Of a stretch of 64,000 bases of DNA, positions 10,556 to 21,799 are shown piece by piece (position 1 is the first letter of the stretch; each line of letters opens with the position of its first letter). The notes below the pieces were generated by a model. It saw only the letters and a program-made list of their open reading frames with translations. It had not been told where the DNA came from and made no database searches. The translations under genes were made by a program, and so were the position numbers. This DNA is from an uncultured delta proteobacterium (GTDB lineage Bacteria; Myxococcota_A; Polyangia; Fen-1088), in NCBI GenBank assembly GCA_963737265.1, contig CAVTRY010000022.1:362973-426972 (forward strand), read 5' to 3'.

Positions 10556-10936
10556 ATGGAGAGCATCATGAACATGAAAAGGACGTTTGCGTTGTGGCTG
10601 CTTGAGGCCAGTCTGGTGGCCGGCATTGCGATAGCGGGATGCGCGCAGAACACGATGACAACCCCGAACGGCAACAGTGGTCCCGCGACGGCCGTTCAGC
10701 GCGCCCCCGAAGTGACCTGGCTGGTCGGCTGTCTGGAGCGAGGTCCCGCTGCAGATCAGTACGCACTGCATGGTGCAAGTTCGCAATGGTGGGCCCCGCT
10801 TAAGAGTGACAGCTTCCATCTCCAGGCTTTTCTCGATACGGAGGTCAGGGTGGCTGTCGTGAAGTCAACCGAGAACGATGGCACACTTACCGTGACCGAC
10901 TTGATCCTAGCGAGTCCGAGTTGCGCGTCGCGGTAG
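10556..10936 (+). CDS. small lipoprotein
   Basis: Lipobox IAIAGC; LVGCLERG...YAL pattern. Confidence 0.6.
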   Translation: MESIMNMKRTFALWLLEASLVAGIAIAGCAQNTMTTPNGNSGPATAVQRAPEVTWLVGCLERGPAADQYALHGASSQWWAPLKSDSFHLQAFLDTEVRVAVVKSTENDGTLTVTDLILASPSCASR

Positions 10937-11206
10937 CAGCGGCAGGGCTTGGTGCGCAGGGCCAACAATGCTGCATTCCTTTGCTGAATATCCACCGCCG
11001 TAAAAGTTACCTGGCAGTCACTTGGACGAATTCTTCGGCCAGACCGAACCCTGCCTTCTTAAAGGGCGATGCGGCTCATCCCGAAACCGCCGCCCTAATG
11101 TGGGCAGAAAGCCACCACTGCCCATGTACGGTCGAAAGTTTCGACAGACTGTCCAGTCTTAGTTTGTCAATCCCTTTTTTCTCAGCCACTTACATTGACC
11201 AAGCCT

Positions 11207-11222
11207 TGGCATCCGCGTTGCT
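11207..11222 (+). promoter_or_regulatory. sigma54 -24/-12 promoter
   Basis: TGGCAT-CCGCG-TTGCT with IHF-like TTCTCAGCCACTTA upstream; precedes 11303 gene. Confidence 0.7.
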
Positions 11223-11302
11223 CTTTAGATCACGTAGTCCGCAAGTCAGACATTCTGTCGCCGAAATCCATCGCTTGCGCGAAGAAGAAAAGGTGACCAA
11301 CT

Positions 11303-12260
11303 ATGAACGGGATCCCCGCTAGGCAGCGTAGCTTCGCCAGTCGTTACAGCTTCCGCACACTCCGAGCCTTTATTGCCATGCTCGTATATTTGGGCTGTCT
11401 CGTCGCGCCCTCGCCCGCCCATGGGGCTGAGTTGAGGCAAGACACTTTGGTCTCTTGGAATGCGTACCTCGATGCTGCCCGTCCACAGATGGCCCCCCAG
11501 ACACCCTTTCTCTGGATCGACCAGGAGCCCGAGCGCCTTCAGCGTGTCCGTGATGGTGAGATTCTGGTCTCGTCCGTCGGGAAGGAAAACCCAAAACCGG
11601 TGCCCTCGGGTTTGATCCACGATTGGCTGGGCGCGGCCTTTTTTCCGAACGCCAGTATCAAAGACGTTTTGTCCGCCGCGCGTGATTACAGCAACTACAA
11701 GGAGTATTACAAGCCGACGGTTGTTGATTCCAGGTTGCTCAGCAGCGATGGATCCTGTGAACAGTACTCCATGCGCGTAGTGAACAAAGAGGCCGTAGCC
11801 GAGACGGCGCTGGATATGGATTACGAAACCTGCTATTTCAAAATCGACGACCGGCGATGGTACAGCACCACGCATACTACCCGGGTGCAAGAGGTCCGGC
11901 ACTACGGCCGCGCCGAACGAGCAGGTGCTTCCGCCGGATCATGGCAGCGGCTTCATCTGGCGCCTATATAGCGTCGCCAGGTTTGAGCAAAGAGACGGCG
12001 GAACCTATGTGGAAGTCGAGGCGATTGCGTTGAGTCGCGACATTCCGACTGCGCTACGCTGGGTGGTCAATCCTATCGTGCGCCGCGTCTCAAGGAACTC
12101 CATGCTCGTCTCCCTGCAACAGATGAAGGAGGCGGTCCGTTTGACCGAAGATGCAGAGCGAGCCGCCAAATTACCCACGACTGCCAACAACGGTACGCGA
12201 GGCGCGTTCGCTTCGGAGGTAGGTATCGCCAAGAGTTTTGCTTCGGCCGGGAAGCCGTGA
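11303..12260 (+). CDS. exported hypothetical protein, possibly START/SRPBCC-like (frameshift ~11920)
   Basis: Signal peptide, PSGLIHDWLGAAFFP, then GFIWRLYSVARFEQRDGGTYVEVEAIALSRDIP in adjacent frame; halves join naturally. Confidence 0.65.
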
Positions 12261-12510
12261 TTTGGGATCCATTGGCACGAGCCAAAGCCCGCCTTGAGCA
12301 GAGTTCTACCCTGACGGGAATTCTCGTCGAGAACGATAAGAAAGGCGGAAACGCGGGCCTCATGACACTCGAGTGGTCGCTTTCTCGCCGTGGGAGCAAG
12401 GAGGAAATGACACTGCTCGCTGCGATGCACCGAGTCGTGCAATCATCTCGGGCACTCATGAATAAGTGAACTTACTCTGAAACACTGCATCAGCTCAAAC
12501 ACGCCATAAC

Positions 12511-14199
12511 TCAAACCTGCTCGCCTACAAGTTCATCCCTCAGGTAGCGTCCAACGGCAATCTCCAGATTGAAATGCATTCCTTCACGCCGCAGGATCTG
12601 TCCCAGCGGTGATCGTTGTACGACCGCCAAAACTCCGGGATTCATACCAATCAGCCACAGTTGAATGCCATCCTGACTTTGCCTCTGCGCAACTTGTGCG
12701 AACATTTTGAGCGCGGTGTACTCCATGTCGAGGACTCCGCTCGCGTCGACCGCGACGACTTTCGGTTGCGTTTCCCTGACCAGCGGCTCAATCTTGTGTG
12801 CGATCTGTGCCGCATTGGCAAAGAAAATTGGACCTTCCGGCCTCAGCAGCAGAAGGCCAGGAAAACTCTCATCCTCGGGATGTTCCGGCGATTCCGGCCG
12901 GAATACGTTGGTTCCGGGCTTACGCCGCAGGACATACACTGGAGCGTCGGCCACATGGTACGCCAGTGTGACCAGGGAAACGATAATGGCTACGATAATT
13001 CCCTTTAGGGTGCCGACGAGCACGACCCCTGCGAACGCCACGATCGCCCATGAAAATTCGGTCCTGCGAACGCTAAGAATCTCACGGAACTCGATCGGCT
13101 TAATAAGTCCGAAGGAATACACAATCACCAGCGCCGCCAAAGCAGCTTGCGGCATCATCGCAATGACTGGAGCGAGGAAGAGGGTTGTTACCAGTGCCAT
13201 CGCCGCGGTTACGATTTCGGCTAATTGCGTGCGAGCTCCTGCGCGCACATTGACCGCCGTCTGCGTTGTGCCACCGCCGCCGGGCATAGCACCGAAGAGC
13301 GCGCCTCCGACATTGGCGAGTCCGGTTGCAAGCAGCTCTCTGTCTGCTCGCGGCGCCGGCTCGTCATTTCGTACGAAGGCTCGTCCGGCCGCAACCGTCT
13401 CCGTGAAACTCATCAAGGCAATCCCTAATGCGCCGGGCCACAGCACGGTTATGAACGAAAAGTCTGGCTTCATCAGCGACGGCAATCCTGGCGGTATGTG
13501 GCCCACCAGTTCGACACCCCGATGTTGCAAATTCAAGAAGTAGGCGCCCGCTATCGCAGCAGCTACGGCCAGCAGCGGCGCTGGCAGTTTCGGCAGGAAA
13601 CGCTCCATGGTCAGCAGAATCGCCAGTACTGCGAGCCCGACGGCCAGCGTTGCTAACGACGTTTTTGGGAGGGTGTGAACTATTGAGAGGACGTTCTGAA
13701 CGAATGTGCCTCTTGTGAAGTGGATGCCAAGGATCTTCGGGATCTGGTCCACTACAATGACCAGCCCTATGCCGGCTCTGAAACCGACGAGCACCGGCTC
13801 GGAGATAAAGTTAGCCACGATTCCCAGGCGCAGCAGGTACGCCAGCAAAAGTGCGGCTCCCACCAGTAGCGCCAGCGTCGCTGAGGCTGTCAGCAGGGCT
13901 GCGGGGTTGCCGTTGGGCACGACCTGCCCCAACTGAGCGGCGGTCAGAATCGCCAACGTTGTAGTCGTGCTGACGCTGAGCACGCGCGAGGTCCCAAGCA
14001 CCGCGTAGATCACCATCGGCACCAGGGCGGTATAGAGGCCTACCTGCACCGGTAGCCCGGCCATCATGGCATACGCCATCGCCTTGGGAATAATTACCGC
14101 GCCGGTGGTCAGCCCCGCGACGATGTCGGGACGCAGCCAATCCGCATGGTATGGCACTAGCCAGTCCGGCAAAGCACGAGACCAGGGACGCGTTGACAT
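12511..14199 (-). CDS. SulP family inorganic anion transporter with STAS domain
   Basis: DIVAGLT..IPKAMAYAMMAGLP..GLY, many TM helices, C-terminal IFFANA..VDASGV STAS. Confidence 0.95.
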   Translation of the reverse strand: MSTRPWSRALPDWLVPYHADWLRPDIVAGLTTGAVIIPKAMAYAMMAGLPVQVGLYTALVPMVIYAVLGTSRVLSVSTTTTLAILTAAQLGQVVPNGNPAALLTASATLALLVGAALLLAYLLRLGIVANFISEPVLVGFRAGIGLVIVVDQIPKILGIHFTRGTFVQNVLSIVHTLPKTSLATLAVGLAVLAILLTMERFLPKLPAPLLAVAAAIAGAYFLNLQHRGVELVGHIPPGLPSLMKPDFSFITVLWPGALGIALMSFTETVAAGRAFVRNDEPAPRADRELLATGLANVGGALFGAMPGGGGTTQTAVNVRAGARTQLAEIVTAAMALVTTLFLAPVIAMMPQAALAALVIVYSFGLIKPIEFREILSVRRTEFSWAIVAFAGVVLVGTLKGIIVAIIVSLVTLAYHVADAPVYVLRRKPGTNVFRPESPEHPEDESFPGLLLLRPEGPIFFANAAQIAHKIEPLVRETQPKVVAVDASGVLDMEYTALKMFAQVAQRQSQDGIQLWLIGMNPGVLAVVQRSPLGQILRREGMHFNLEIAVGRYLRDELVGEQV

Positions 14200-14209
14200 G
14201 CTGCCAAGC

Positions 14210-15064
14210 CTACAGGTGCTGCGGGACGGTTCGATGATTGTGATTCGGCTCTACGTACCCTTTCGGCTTTTGCCTTGGCGGGAGCTTGGGAGGCGTATAA
14301 GGAATCTCCTCGTACCGGATGCTGTTGAGTATGTGCGCAATGCAGTTCAGGTGGGCGCGCTTTTTGTCGTCTGACGGAACGATGTGCCAGGGCGATGCTA
14401 CTGTATCCGTGGCTGCAAGCATCGCATCCCGGGCGCGTGAGTAGTCGTAATAACGGCGGTGCGATTCCAGGTCCATAGGACTAAGCTTCCAGCGCTTGGA
14501 AGGATCTTCAATTCGCGCCAGGAAGCGTTTGTGCTGTTCCTTTTCCGATACTTCCAGCCAGTACTTCAGAAGCGCGATGCCTTGGCTGACCAGAAAGGCC
14601 TCGAAGCTGGGACAGTCCCTGAGAAACTCGTTGTACTCCTCAGAAGTACAGAATCCCATCACATACTCAACACCGGCGCGGTTATACCAGCTTCGGTCGA
14701 AGATAACGACTTCACCTCCGGCGGGCAGTTGTTCAACGTAGCGTTGAGCATGGAGCTGCGTTTTCTGCCTCTCGCTCGGCGAGGGAAGGGCGACTACGCG
14801 AAAGATGCGCGGGCTGACCCGCTCTACGATGCGCTTGATCATGCCGCCTTTGCCGGCAGCATCTCGTCCTTCAAAAATGATCACAATTCGGGCGTTGGTC
14901 GCCTTGACCCAGTCCTGTAGCTTGACCAGCTCAACTTGTAGCTTGAAAATCTCGGCCTCGTACTCATCTTTACCGATCTTCGGTTGCCCGTTGACGCCGG
15001 ACTGTTGAGTGTTGCTGTCCAGCCTTGATTCTTGTTTCATGTTGTTTTTGGATTTCTTGCCCAT
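14210..15064 (-). CDS. ppk2: polyphosphate kinase 2
   Basis: FEGRDAAGKGG, FDRSWYNRAGVE, WKLSPMD motifs. Confidence 0.95.
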   Translation of the reverse strand: MGKKSKNNMKQESRLDSNTQQSGVNGQPKIGKDEYEAEIFKLQVELVKLQDWVKATNARIVIIFEGRDAAGKGGMIKRIVERVSPRIFRVVALPSPSERQKTQLHAQRYVEQLPAGGEVVIFDRSWYNRAGVEYVMGFCTSEEYNEFLRDCPSFEAFLVSQGIALLKYWLEVSEKEQHKRFLARIEDPSKRWKLSPMDLESHRRYYDYSRARDAMLAATDTVASPWHIVPSDDKKRAHLNCIAHILNSIRYEEIPYTPPKLPPRQKPKGYVEPNHNHRTVPQHL

Positions 15065-15084
15065 CGTTGCTTTCTGGCTCCTTG

Positions 15085-15228
15085 GCAGGCTGCAAAGAAA
15101 GTTAGTTTCGATAGCGTTTTGAAAGGGCACGACTTTAGTCGTGCCGATAAGCCCTTATTTTTTGCCATCCCGAGCGGACGTTAGTCCGCGAGGGACCTGC
15201 TTTTTCCGACTTTTTCACCAACCTCTTC
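15085..15228. repeat. composite REP-like palindromic element
   Basis: Perfect palindrome GGCACGAC-TTTA-GTCGTGCC (15126-15145), second hairpin CATCCCGAGCGGAC-GTTA-GTCCGCGAGGGACCTGC, imperfect terminal inverted repeats (AGGCTGCAAAGAAAGT / ACTTTTTCACCAACCT). Confidence 0.6.
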
Positions 15229-15291
15229 AGTCCAGGGAGGACTTATGAGACGGCTTCATGTCCGTCCAACTTGATTCACCTCCTATCACGC

Positions 15292-15307
15292 AGCAATTGC
15301 AGTACCA
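15292..15307 (-). promoter_or_regulatory. sigma54 promoter for ppk2-sulP
   Basis: Minus strand TGGTAC-TGCAA-TTGCT. Confidence 0.65.
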
Positions 15308-15463
15308 AACCTCACACGCCATAACGCCGCAATTTCACTATCAATGAAATGGGATCCGAGCAGTTAATGCTCATTTACGGTCATGCTGCCCAGATGAAGG
15401 CATGGGTGGCCTGCTGAGATGTCGGAGTTCACTGAGAAGCAAGAGCTTAAGGAAGATATCGAT

Positions 15464-15479
15464 TGGCACGCCATCTGCA
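15464..15479 (+). promoter_or_regulatory. sigma54 promoter (divergent from ppk2 promoter)
   Basis: TGGCAC-GCCAT-CTGCA with IHF-like AAGCAAGAGCTTA upstream. Confidence 0.7.
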
Positions 15480-15612
15480 CTACTACAGGTGGCCATTGCA
15501 CAAGAGCGTGTGTAGTGACCGCCAGCCGGAAACGGCGAAATCAGGGAGCCGAGAGAGGGAGTCGTTCTGGTAGTGGCCGAAGAAGGCCGAGAAATAACCT
15601 CAAGGTGCAAAA

Positions 15613-15831
15613 ATGAAAGACAACAGTAGTAAAACCAGGTTCTGGACAGCGCTAGTGACGGTCAACTCATTGACCTTGCTCTTCCCCCTTGCTTTCTTAA
15701 TTATTGTCTTACTTCAGCCAGATGACGACCCATTGCGGCTTCTCGCAGTCCTTGCGACTTATGGGACTGTATTCCTGCTTTTCATTGCGGACACCCTCAG
15801 TATTTGTCTCCGGTATTTTATGGACAGTTGA
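15613..15831 (+). CDS. small two-TM membrane protein
   Basis: 72 aa, two hydrophobic helices, AAGGTG RBS, downstream of sigma54 site. Confidence 0.55.
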   Translation: MKDNSSKTRFWTALVTVNSLTLLFPLAFLIIVLLQPDDDPLRLLAVLATYGTVFLLFIADTLSICLRYFMDS

Positions 15832-15967
15832 TCCGGCCGCACGATTCACCCTGCGTTTGTCTTAACTGAGATTGGTGAAGTTGACCGAAGCACAACCCTA
15901 CGACTCGAGCCAATCAGGCAGGGCTAATGGCCAGTCGCGCTATAGGTTTAGGAAAGGACTTCTAGTT

Positions 15968-16489
15968 GTGAAATTTGCAAAGGCAACAGTACTTCCCCTT
16001 CTGTTTTTACTCGGGAGCATCGTTTCGCTGAGCCAGACCCAATCGGCGCCGTCCGCGGCGGAGGCGGTGCACGTCACAGGCTTGACAGGCATCAAGGAAA
16101 ACACCAAAGGTACCCTGACAGTCGAGAATGGCACGCTCACCTTCGCTACCTCAAAGAGTAGTTGCGATGTTTCTGCGGCTTCCATACAAGATGTTGTCAC
16201 TGGGAATGACAGTCAGCGTGTCATCAGAGGAACTGTAGGCACGCTGACTATGCTCGCCCCGTACGGAGGTGGGCGGGCAATCAGTCTCTTACGTACCAAG
16301 ATCGACACCCTTACGATTCAGTATCGGGATTCAAATGGCGGCCTTCACGGGGCCGTCTTTACCATGCCGGTTGGCAAGGCTGAATTGATCAAAGAGTCGC
16401 TGCTCGCGCAGGGTGCTCATACCAGCATCCCGTCGAAACAAGACTCGACAGCGGATCCGACTCAGCAATCTGCGGCAAAGGAGCAATAA
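15968..16489 (+). CDS. exported hypothetical protein
   Basis: Signal peptide then beta-rich domain; GTG start after AAGGA. Confidence 0.65.
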   Translation: MKFAKATVLPLLFLLGSIVSLSQTQSAPSAAEAVHVTGLTGIKENTKGTLTVENGTLTFATSKSSCDVSAASIQDVVTGNDSQRVIRGTVGTLTMLAPYGGGRAISLLRTKIDTLTIQYRDSNGGLHGAVFTMPVGKAELIKESLLAQGAHTSIPSKQDSTADPTQQSAAKEQ

Positions 16490-16491
16490 CG

Positions 16492-17030
16492 TTGAAAACC
16501 ATCAAGACTGCTACTCTTCTTTGGACACTCATGGCCGGATTAAGTGCGGCGCCGCTGTTGTGCGCGCAAGCCGATCCAGCAGCCAAATCGCCGTCATCTG
16601 CGATCGAAGTTGAGATGATCCAGCCCGGGGAGATCAACCTTCCTGCCGAATTCCAGGTCGCACTCTACGAGAACCTGGTCCAGCAGCTGCAGAAAGAAGG
16701 CGGCTTCTCCCAGGTCTATCGTGACGGTGACCGGAATGCCACCGATGCCTCGGTCTCGTTATTCTTCACACCGAGGTTATAGGCTTCAAGAAAGGCAGTG
16801 AACTTGAGCGTAACGTCACAACGGTTGGCGGGGCCACCTCCATTACGGTTCATTGTAAGTTCACGGATAAAGAGGGGAAGGTGCTGCTGGAGCGCGACAT
16901 TGACGGCAAAGTGCGGTTCTTCGGCGACAACCTGAAAGCCACGAGTGACTTCGCAAAAAAGGTCGCGAAAGTTGCAAGTGAGCGCTTTCCTTCTGATCAC
17001 AACAAGAGTGTTGCGGTGGTGGGGTACTGA
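16492..17030 (+). CDS. exported DUF4410-like protein (frameshift ~16755)
   Basis: Signal peptide; continues in next frame as IGFKKGSELERNVTTVGGATSITV...GKVRFFGDNL to TGA 17030. Confidence 0.6.
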
Positions 17031-17560
17031 CGTGTGGGCGAGCGAGTCTGCCTGCCTCACCAAAGTTGCGAAGGGCATCCAACTTAATGTGCCAGACACG
17101 GACTCCGCAGCCAACCAGTTCGGCGCGCCACAAAGCGCAGAAACCCCGCGGCATATTTCCGTTGTTGTTGGCCCGTGTTGCTCCTCGCGACGTGCTATTT
17201 GGTAAAGGCGCCGATGGGCCAGATCCATGATCTGCGCCGCAGTCGACATCTCCTGAATTAGCCCAAGCATCGAGGGATTCTGCCGGATGTCGATCTGACT
17301 ATGTTCAAGCCGCTTCAGAGTCCCCACAGACAACGTAATGGCCCAATAGTTGCCGCTGACTTGGCTTTGCGCTGACGCGGAATACGGATATCAACCTCGG
17401 ACGGATTTGCCGGGCGCCGAGTCAATTATGCAACTTTACCCCGTGACGACAACTGCCCGGATTCCGTCAGCGCCCTTCGTCCGCCACATCCTACCTACGT
17501 TGCGGGTGCGCATGTAACTGAAAACAGGTCCCGTTGCCTGCATTTTAACGTGCCTATTCG

Positions 17561-17576
17561 TGGCACTCGAATTGCG
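17561..17576 (+). promoter_or_regulatory. sigma54 promoter upstream of phosphoketolase
   Basis: TGGCAC-TCGAA-TTGCG. Confidence 0.7.
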
Positions 17577-17826
17577 ATATGAATGTCCGATATTCGATTC
17601 GCTCCACCAGGGGGTGCTGACTTGCTCGGAGAACTGATAAACATTCCGACTGACACGCTCATCCACATGCTCTTTGTAATCCTCGCGGGCGAGGTCATTC
17701 TCACGGCGAAAGATGTAGCGGAAATTGTGGAGATTCAGTGTGAGTTGCAAAGAAGAGACGAGGGGAGCCACTGGAACTGGCGCGCTGTTAACTAAGACGC
17801 ACCGAACAGCGAAGGAAGGACTGAAA

Positions 17827-20283
17827 ATGACATTACTCGCAGATACGCAAGACTTGGCAGAGCCATTGAGGCCCGAGGGTACAGCGCGGTCTACTGTCCC
17901 GGGAGCGCCGCTAAGTGTCGATGAACTGAACAGGCTCGACGCCTTTTGGCGTGCGTGCAAGTACCTGGCTCTAGGAATGATCTATCTTCAGGCAAACCCA
18001 CTGTTACGGGAATCCCTGAAACCAAAGCACATTAAGAGTCGGCTCTTGGGCCATTGGGGCGCCAGCCCCGGTCTGGCCTTTATCTACATCCATCTGAGTC
18101 GCCTTATAAAAAAACATGACCTTGAGATGATGTTTCTCGCGGGGCCGGGCCACGGCGCGCCAGGCGTTTTGGCACCTGTGTATCTAGAGGGCACGTACAC
18201 TGAGATCTACCCAGAAAAAACCCAGGACGAAAAAGGCCTCCAGGAATTCTTCAAGCAATTCTCATTCCCGGGAGGAATCGGAAGTCACTGCACCCCGGAA
18301 ACCCCAGGCTCGATTCACGAAGGAGGCGAACTGGGCTATGTCCTCTCGCATGCCTGTGGAGCTGCTTTCGACAATCCTGACCTGATCGTCGCAGCTGTAG
18401 TGGGTGACGGTGAAGCTGAAACTGGCCCATTGGCGACCTCCTGGCACATTAGCAAGTTTCTAAATCCAATCCGCGATGGGGCTGTCCTACCTATACTTCA
18501 CCTTAACGGCTACAAGATCAACAACCCGACTCTGCTGGCAAGAATTACCCACGAAGAGTTGGAAAGCTTGTTACGCGGATACGGCTGGAATCCGTACTTT
18601 GTGGAAGGATCCGAACCTGACAGCATGCATCAGGCAATGGCCGCGACACTTCAGCGATGCACGGCCGAGATCAAGTCACATCAGGAAGAATGCCGCAAGA
18701 GTGGGACCGCGATCCGGCCACGCTGGCCCATGGTGGTGTTGCGATCGCCAAAGGGATGGGGTGCGCCGACGGAGGTGGACGGACATCGGATTGAAGGCTC
18801 TTGGCGCTCACACCAGGTTCCGGTGACAGACGTCAAGAGCAACCCCGAACATCTGCGCATTCTGGAGGACTGGATGCGGTCATTCAAGCCCGAGGAACTC
18901 TTCGACGAGAACGGAAGGCTGCGACCGGAGCTCGCCGAAATTGCACCATCCGGCTCGCGCCGCATGAGCGCCAGTCCTCACGCGAATGGAGAGCTCAGAG
19001 AAAAACTACTGTTGCCCGACTTTCGTGACTACGCCGTTAGAATCGAGAGCCCAGGGAGTCTGGAAGTCGAAAATGTGCCACCGCTGGGTACCTTCCTGCG
19101 GGACGTCATGAAATCGAACATGAGCAGTTTTCGGGTGTTTGCGCCTGATGAGAACACTTCCAACAAGCTGGATGCGGTCTATCAGGCTTCGAAGAAATTT
19201 TGGATTGCGGGAACTCTGCCCGAGGACAGTGATGGCACCGAACTGGCCTCCGACGGACGCGTTATTGAAATGCTTAGCGAGCACACTATGGAGGGCATGC
19301 TCGAGGGCTATTTGCTGACCGGTCGTAACGGCTTTCTCTCATCCTATGAAGCCTTTGTTCATGTAATCGACTCGATGTTTAATCAGCACGCGAAATGGTT
19401 ATCCATCTGCAATCAGTTATCTTGGCGCCGAAAGATCGCGTCTCTCAATCTTCTTATTACCTCAACGGTGTGGCGTCAGGATCACAATGGCTTCACGCAC
19501 CAGGACCCCGGGTTCCTCGACGTAGTACTCAACAAGAGTGCGGCAGTTACCCGTATCTACCTACCGCCGGATGCGAATTGTTTACTGTCCGTAGCAGACC
19601 ACTGCCTGCGATCTGAAAACTACGTCAATGTTATTGTCTCCGACAAGCAGCGGCATCTGCAATATCTGAATATTGACGCTGCCATTACTCACTGCACAAA
19701 AGGCATAGGCATCTGGAAGTGGGCCAGCAATGATGCAGATCAGGATCCTGACGTTGTCATTGCTGCAGCGGGCGACATTCCTACACAAGAAGCGCTGGCC
19801 GCCACAGTACTGCTCAGAGAACGGTTCCCCGACCTCAAGATCCGCTTTGTCAACGTCGTCGACTTGTTCAAACTACAACCGAACACTGAACATCCGCATG
19901 GCCTGACGGATGCAGACTTTGACTCTCTCTTCACCACCGACAAGCCGATCATCTTTAACTTCCATGGCTACCCCTGGCTGATTCACCGCCTCGCTTACCG
20001 TCGCACAAATCATCGGAACCTGCATGTGCGCGGCTACAAAGAGAAGGGAAACATTAATACCCCCATGGAGCTGGCGATTAACAATCAAACAGACCGCTTC
20101 AGTCTCGCCATCGACGCCATTGACCGCGTGGGAAAACTGCAGCGGGTAGGAGCGCATGCTAAAGAGGAATTTCGCGATTGCCAGCTTGCGTGCAGGCGCC
20201 ACGCTTACGAGTACGGAGTCGACAGCCCCGAGATTGGCGGTTGGAAGTGGCCTTCGGACAAGGATGAAGTGATGGGCTCGTAG
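17827..20283 (+). CDS. xfp: xylulose-5-P/fructose-6-P phosphoketolase
   Basis: LLGHWG, GPGHG, EGGELGY, TPP motif [28 protein letters not shown]. Confidence 0.97.
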   Translation: MTLLADTQDLAEPLRPEGTARSTVPGAPLSVDELNRLDAFWRACKYLALGMIYLQANPLLRESLKPKHIKSRLLGHWGASPGLAFIYIHLSRLIKKHDLEMMFLAGPGHGAPGVLAPVYLEGTYTEIYPEKTQDEKGLQEFFKQFSFPGGIGSHCTPETPGSIHEGGELGYVLSHACGAAFDNPDLIVAAVVGDGEAETGPLATSWHISKFLNPIRDGAVLPILHLNGYKINNPTLLARITHEELESLLRGYGWNPYFVEGSEPDSMHQAMAATLQRCTAEIKSHQEECRKSGTAIRPRWPMVVLRSPKGWGAPTEVDGHRIEGSWRSHQVPVTDVKSNPEHLRILEDWMRSFKPEELFDENGRLRPELAEIAPSGSRRMSASPHANGELREKLLLPDFRDYAVRIESPGSLEVENVPPLGTFLRDVMKSNMSSFRVFAPDENTSNKLDAVYQASKKFWIAGTLPEDSDGTELASDGRVIEMLSEHTMEGMLEGYLLTGRNGFLSSYEAFVHVIDSMFNQHAKWLSICNQLSWRRKIASLNLLITSTVWRQDHNGFTHQDPGFLDVVLNKSAAVTRIYLPPDANCLLSVADHCLRSENYVNVIVSDKQRHLQYLNIDAAITHCTKGIGIWKWASNDADQDPDVVIAAAGDIPTQEALAATVLLRERFPDLKIRFVNVVDLFKLQPNTEHPHGLTDADFDSLFTTDKPIIFNFHGYPWLIHRLAYRRTNHRNLHVRGYKEKGNINTPMELAINNQTDRFSLAIDAIDRVGKLQRVGAHAKEEFRDCQLACRRHAYEYGVDSPEIGGWKWPSDKDEVMGS

Positions 20284-20485
20284 CGCTGGCCGGAGCAGCC
20301 AGCAATATTCCACTAGCCGCCCGAATAAGCGAGCAGGACACTTATCAGTCTGCACTCTGCCCGTCGCCTTTGGCCTGCCCATCCACCTGCCCACATTCCG
20401 GCGTTTCCGAGTTTCGCGCGCGGCTGTCTACTGGTCCGCATTGCCAAACCACTATCTTTTCTATGGCTTAGTGCGGGTTCGTGGT

Positions 20486-20501
20486 TGGCATAGCGCCTGC
20501 A
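20486..20501 (+). promoter_or_regulatory. sigma54 promoter
   Basis: TGGCAT-AGCGC-CTGCA with IHF-like TTTCTATGGCTTA upstream. Confidence 0.6.
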
Positions 20502-20804
20502 TATTACTTTGTTGGTGAACGGAGGAACGATGCTAATCGCAGAAATACGATTTTCCGCGAAGGCTTTGATCGTCAAGCCGGGAGGCGGATCTATCAGCGA
20601 TGATGCGAAGTGCGTTCGGATGCTAACGGAGGTCACCTTCGAGGACTCTGTGGCGAAGCGACCTGGTCGTCTTTCAGCAGACTCGGAGCGAAGATCCTTG
20701 CCGAGGAGGCCTACATATTGAATGTGTACAAGCGGCTTGATCGTAGGGACGGCCTGCCCGGGAGCCTCGTTTCTGCATGAACGATATCGTCCAATTCGTT
20801 TTGA

Positions 20805-20897
20805 AGCATGGCTAAGTTCTCCAGCGACCGCACCATCGCCGAGTACGCAGCCCATATCGGGAACGTGCAACCATGTCCAGTGCCCGAGAAGGCTTAA
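20805..20897 (+). pseudogene. glgP: C-terminal remnant of glycogen/starch phosphorylase
   Basis: Translates SMAKFSSDRTIAEYAAHIGNVQPCPVP, matching the phosphorylase terminal motif GKFSSDRTIxEYAxxIW; rest of the gene is absent. Confidence 0.75.
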
Positions 20898-21283
20898 TCG
20901 GCCGCCCGCTTCAGCCTCGCGGCCTGCGATGGCCTCGGCTGGTGATCAGGTTTTGTTTTTAAATGCGGCGTGAGGAGCAAAGGTCGACGAATGACGGAGC
21001 GAGTTGTCCCTACCTGGCCGCGCCATTTTGCCTGCCGTTCCTTGGCGGTTCCCGTATGTGGGCAAGGGCAAAGCTTTTCACGAGGAGGTTACACGAGTAT
21101 CGTAACTCGGCTGATTGCTACAACCAGCAACATTTCAAATAAGGTCAACCGCATGTTCCAAGGCCGGTTGCAAACCGCCCGGGAGCGGTTTAGCGCGCGC
21201 ATCAGGAAGGCATACGAGGAGAACGTTGCGTCGTTGATGACGAGGGCGTCGACGCGATGCGACGACCCAGGAGGAAGATCCAT

Positions 21284-21730
21284 ATGTCTGACAATCTCCG
21301 GTCGCTGATTAAGGAACATCACGCTTTCTACGAGGTGTTGCCATGCTACCTCGTGCTCGAGGAAAGGCATGTAAGCTCTTCGGTCGTGACTCGAAGGGTT
21401 CAGGCTGGCTTTGATGTTGAGCTCTACGGAGTAAACATTAGGGATGAGTTTGTGGTGCCGGGCCCTGATCCTCACTACGCGCTGGCCTATGCCCAGTTAC
21501 AGAAGATCGTGGAAAAGGTTTCGCATCGTGTCGACCATTCCTGCTCCCTGAAGGTTATTCCGTTCCATTCGACCTTCGTCCTCGATAGTCGAAATCAGAC
21601 GGTTGAAGCAATGATCCGAATCAGGATTTCACATCGGCGGGGTATTGACCAACCCGCCGGACTGGCGGAGCAACATGCACTTGAGGAAATCGAAAACCAG
21701 CTTCACGGCCTGGGCATCACCCGCCGATGA
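21284..21730 (+). CDS. hypothetical protein
   Basis: AGGAGGA RBS before ATG 21284; 148 aa globular composition. Confidence 0.6.
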   Translation: MSDNLRSLIKEHHAFYEVLPCYLVLEERHVSSSVVTRRVQAGFDVELYGVNIRDEFVVPGPDPHYALAYAQLQKIVEKVSHRVDHSCSLKVIPFHSTFVLDSRNQTVEAMIRIRISHRRGIDQPAGLAEQHALEEIENQLHGLGITRR

Positions 21731-21799
21731 CGAACCGCACAACCTCGGATTCAATGCTGGCGAGCGGGAGATTGGCCGAGGACAAACTCCTGCCGCTAG

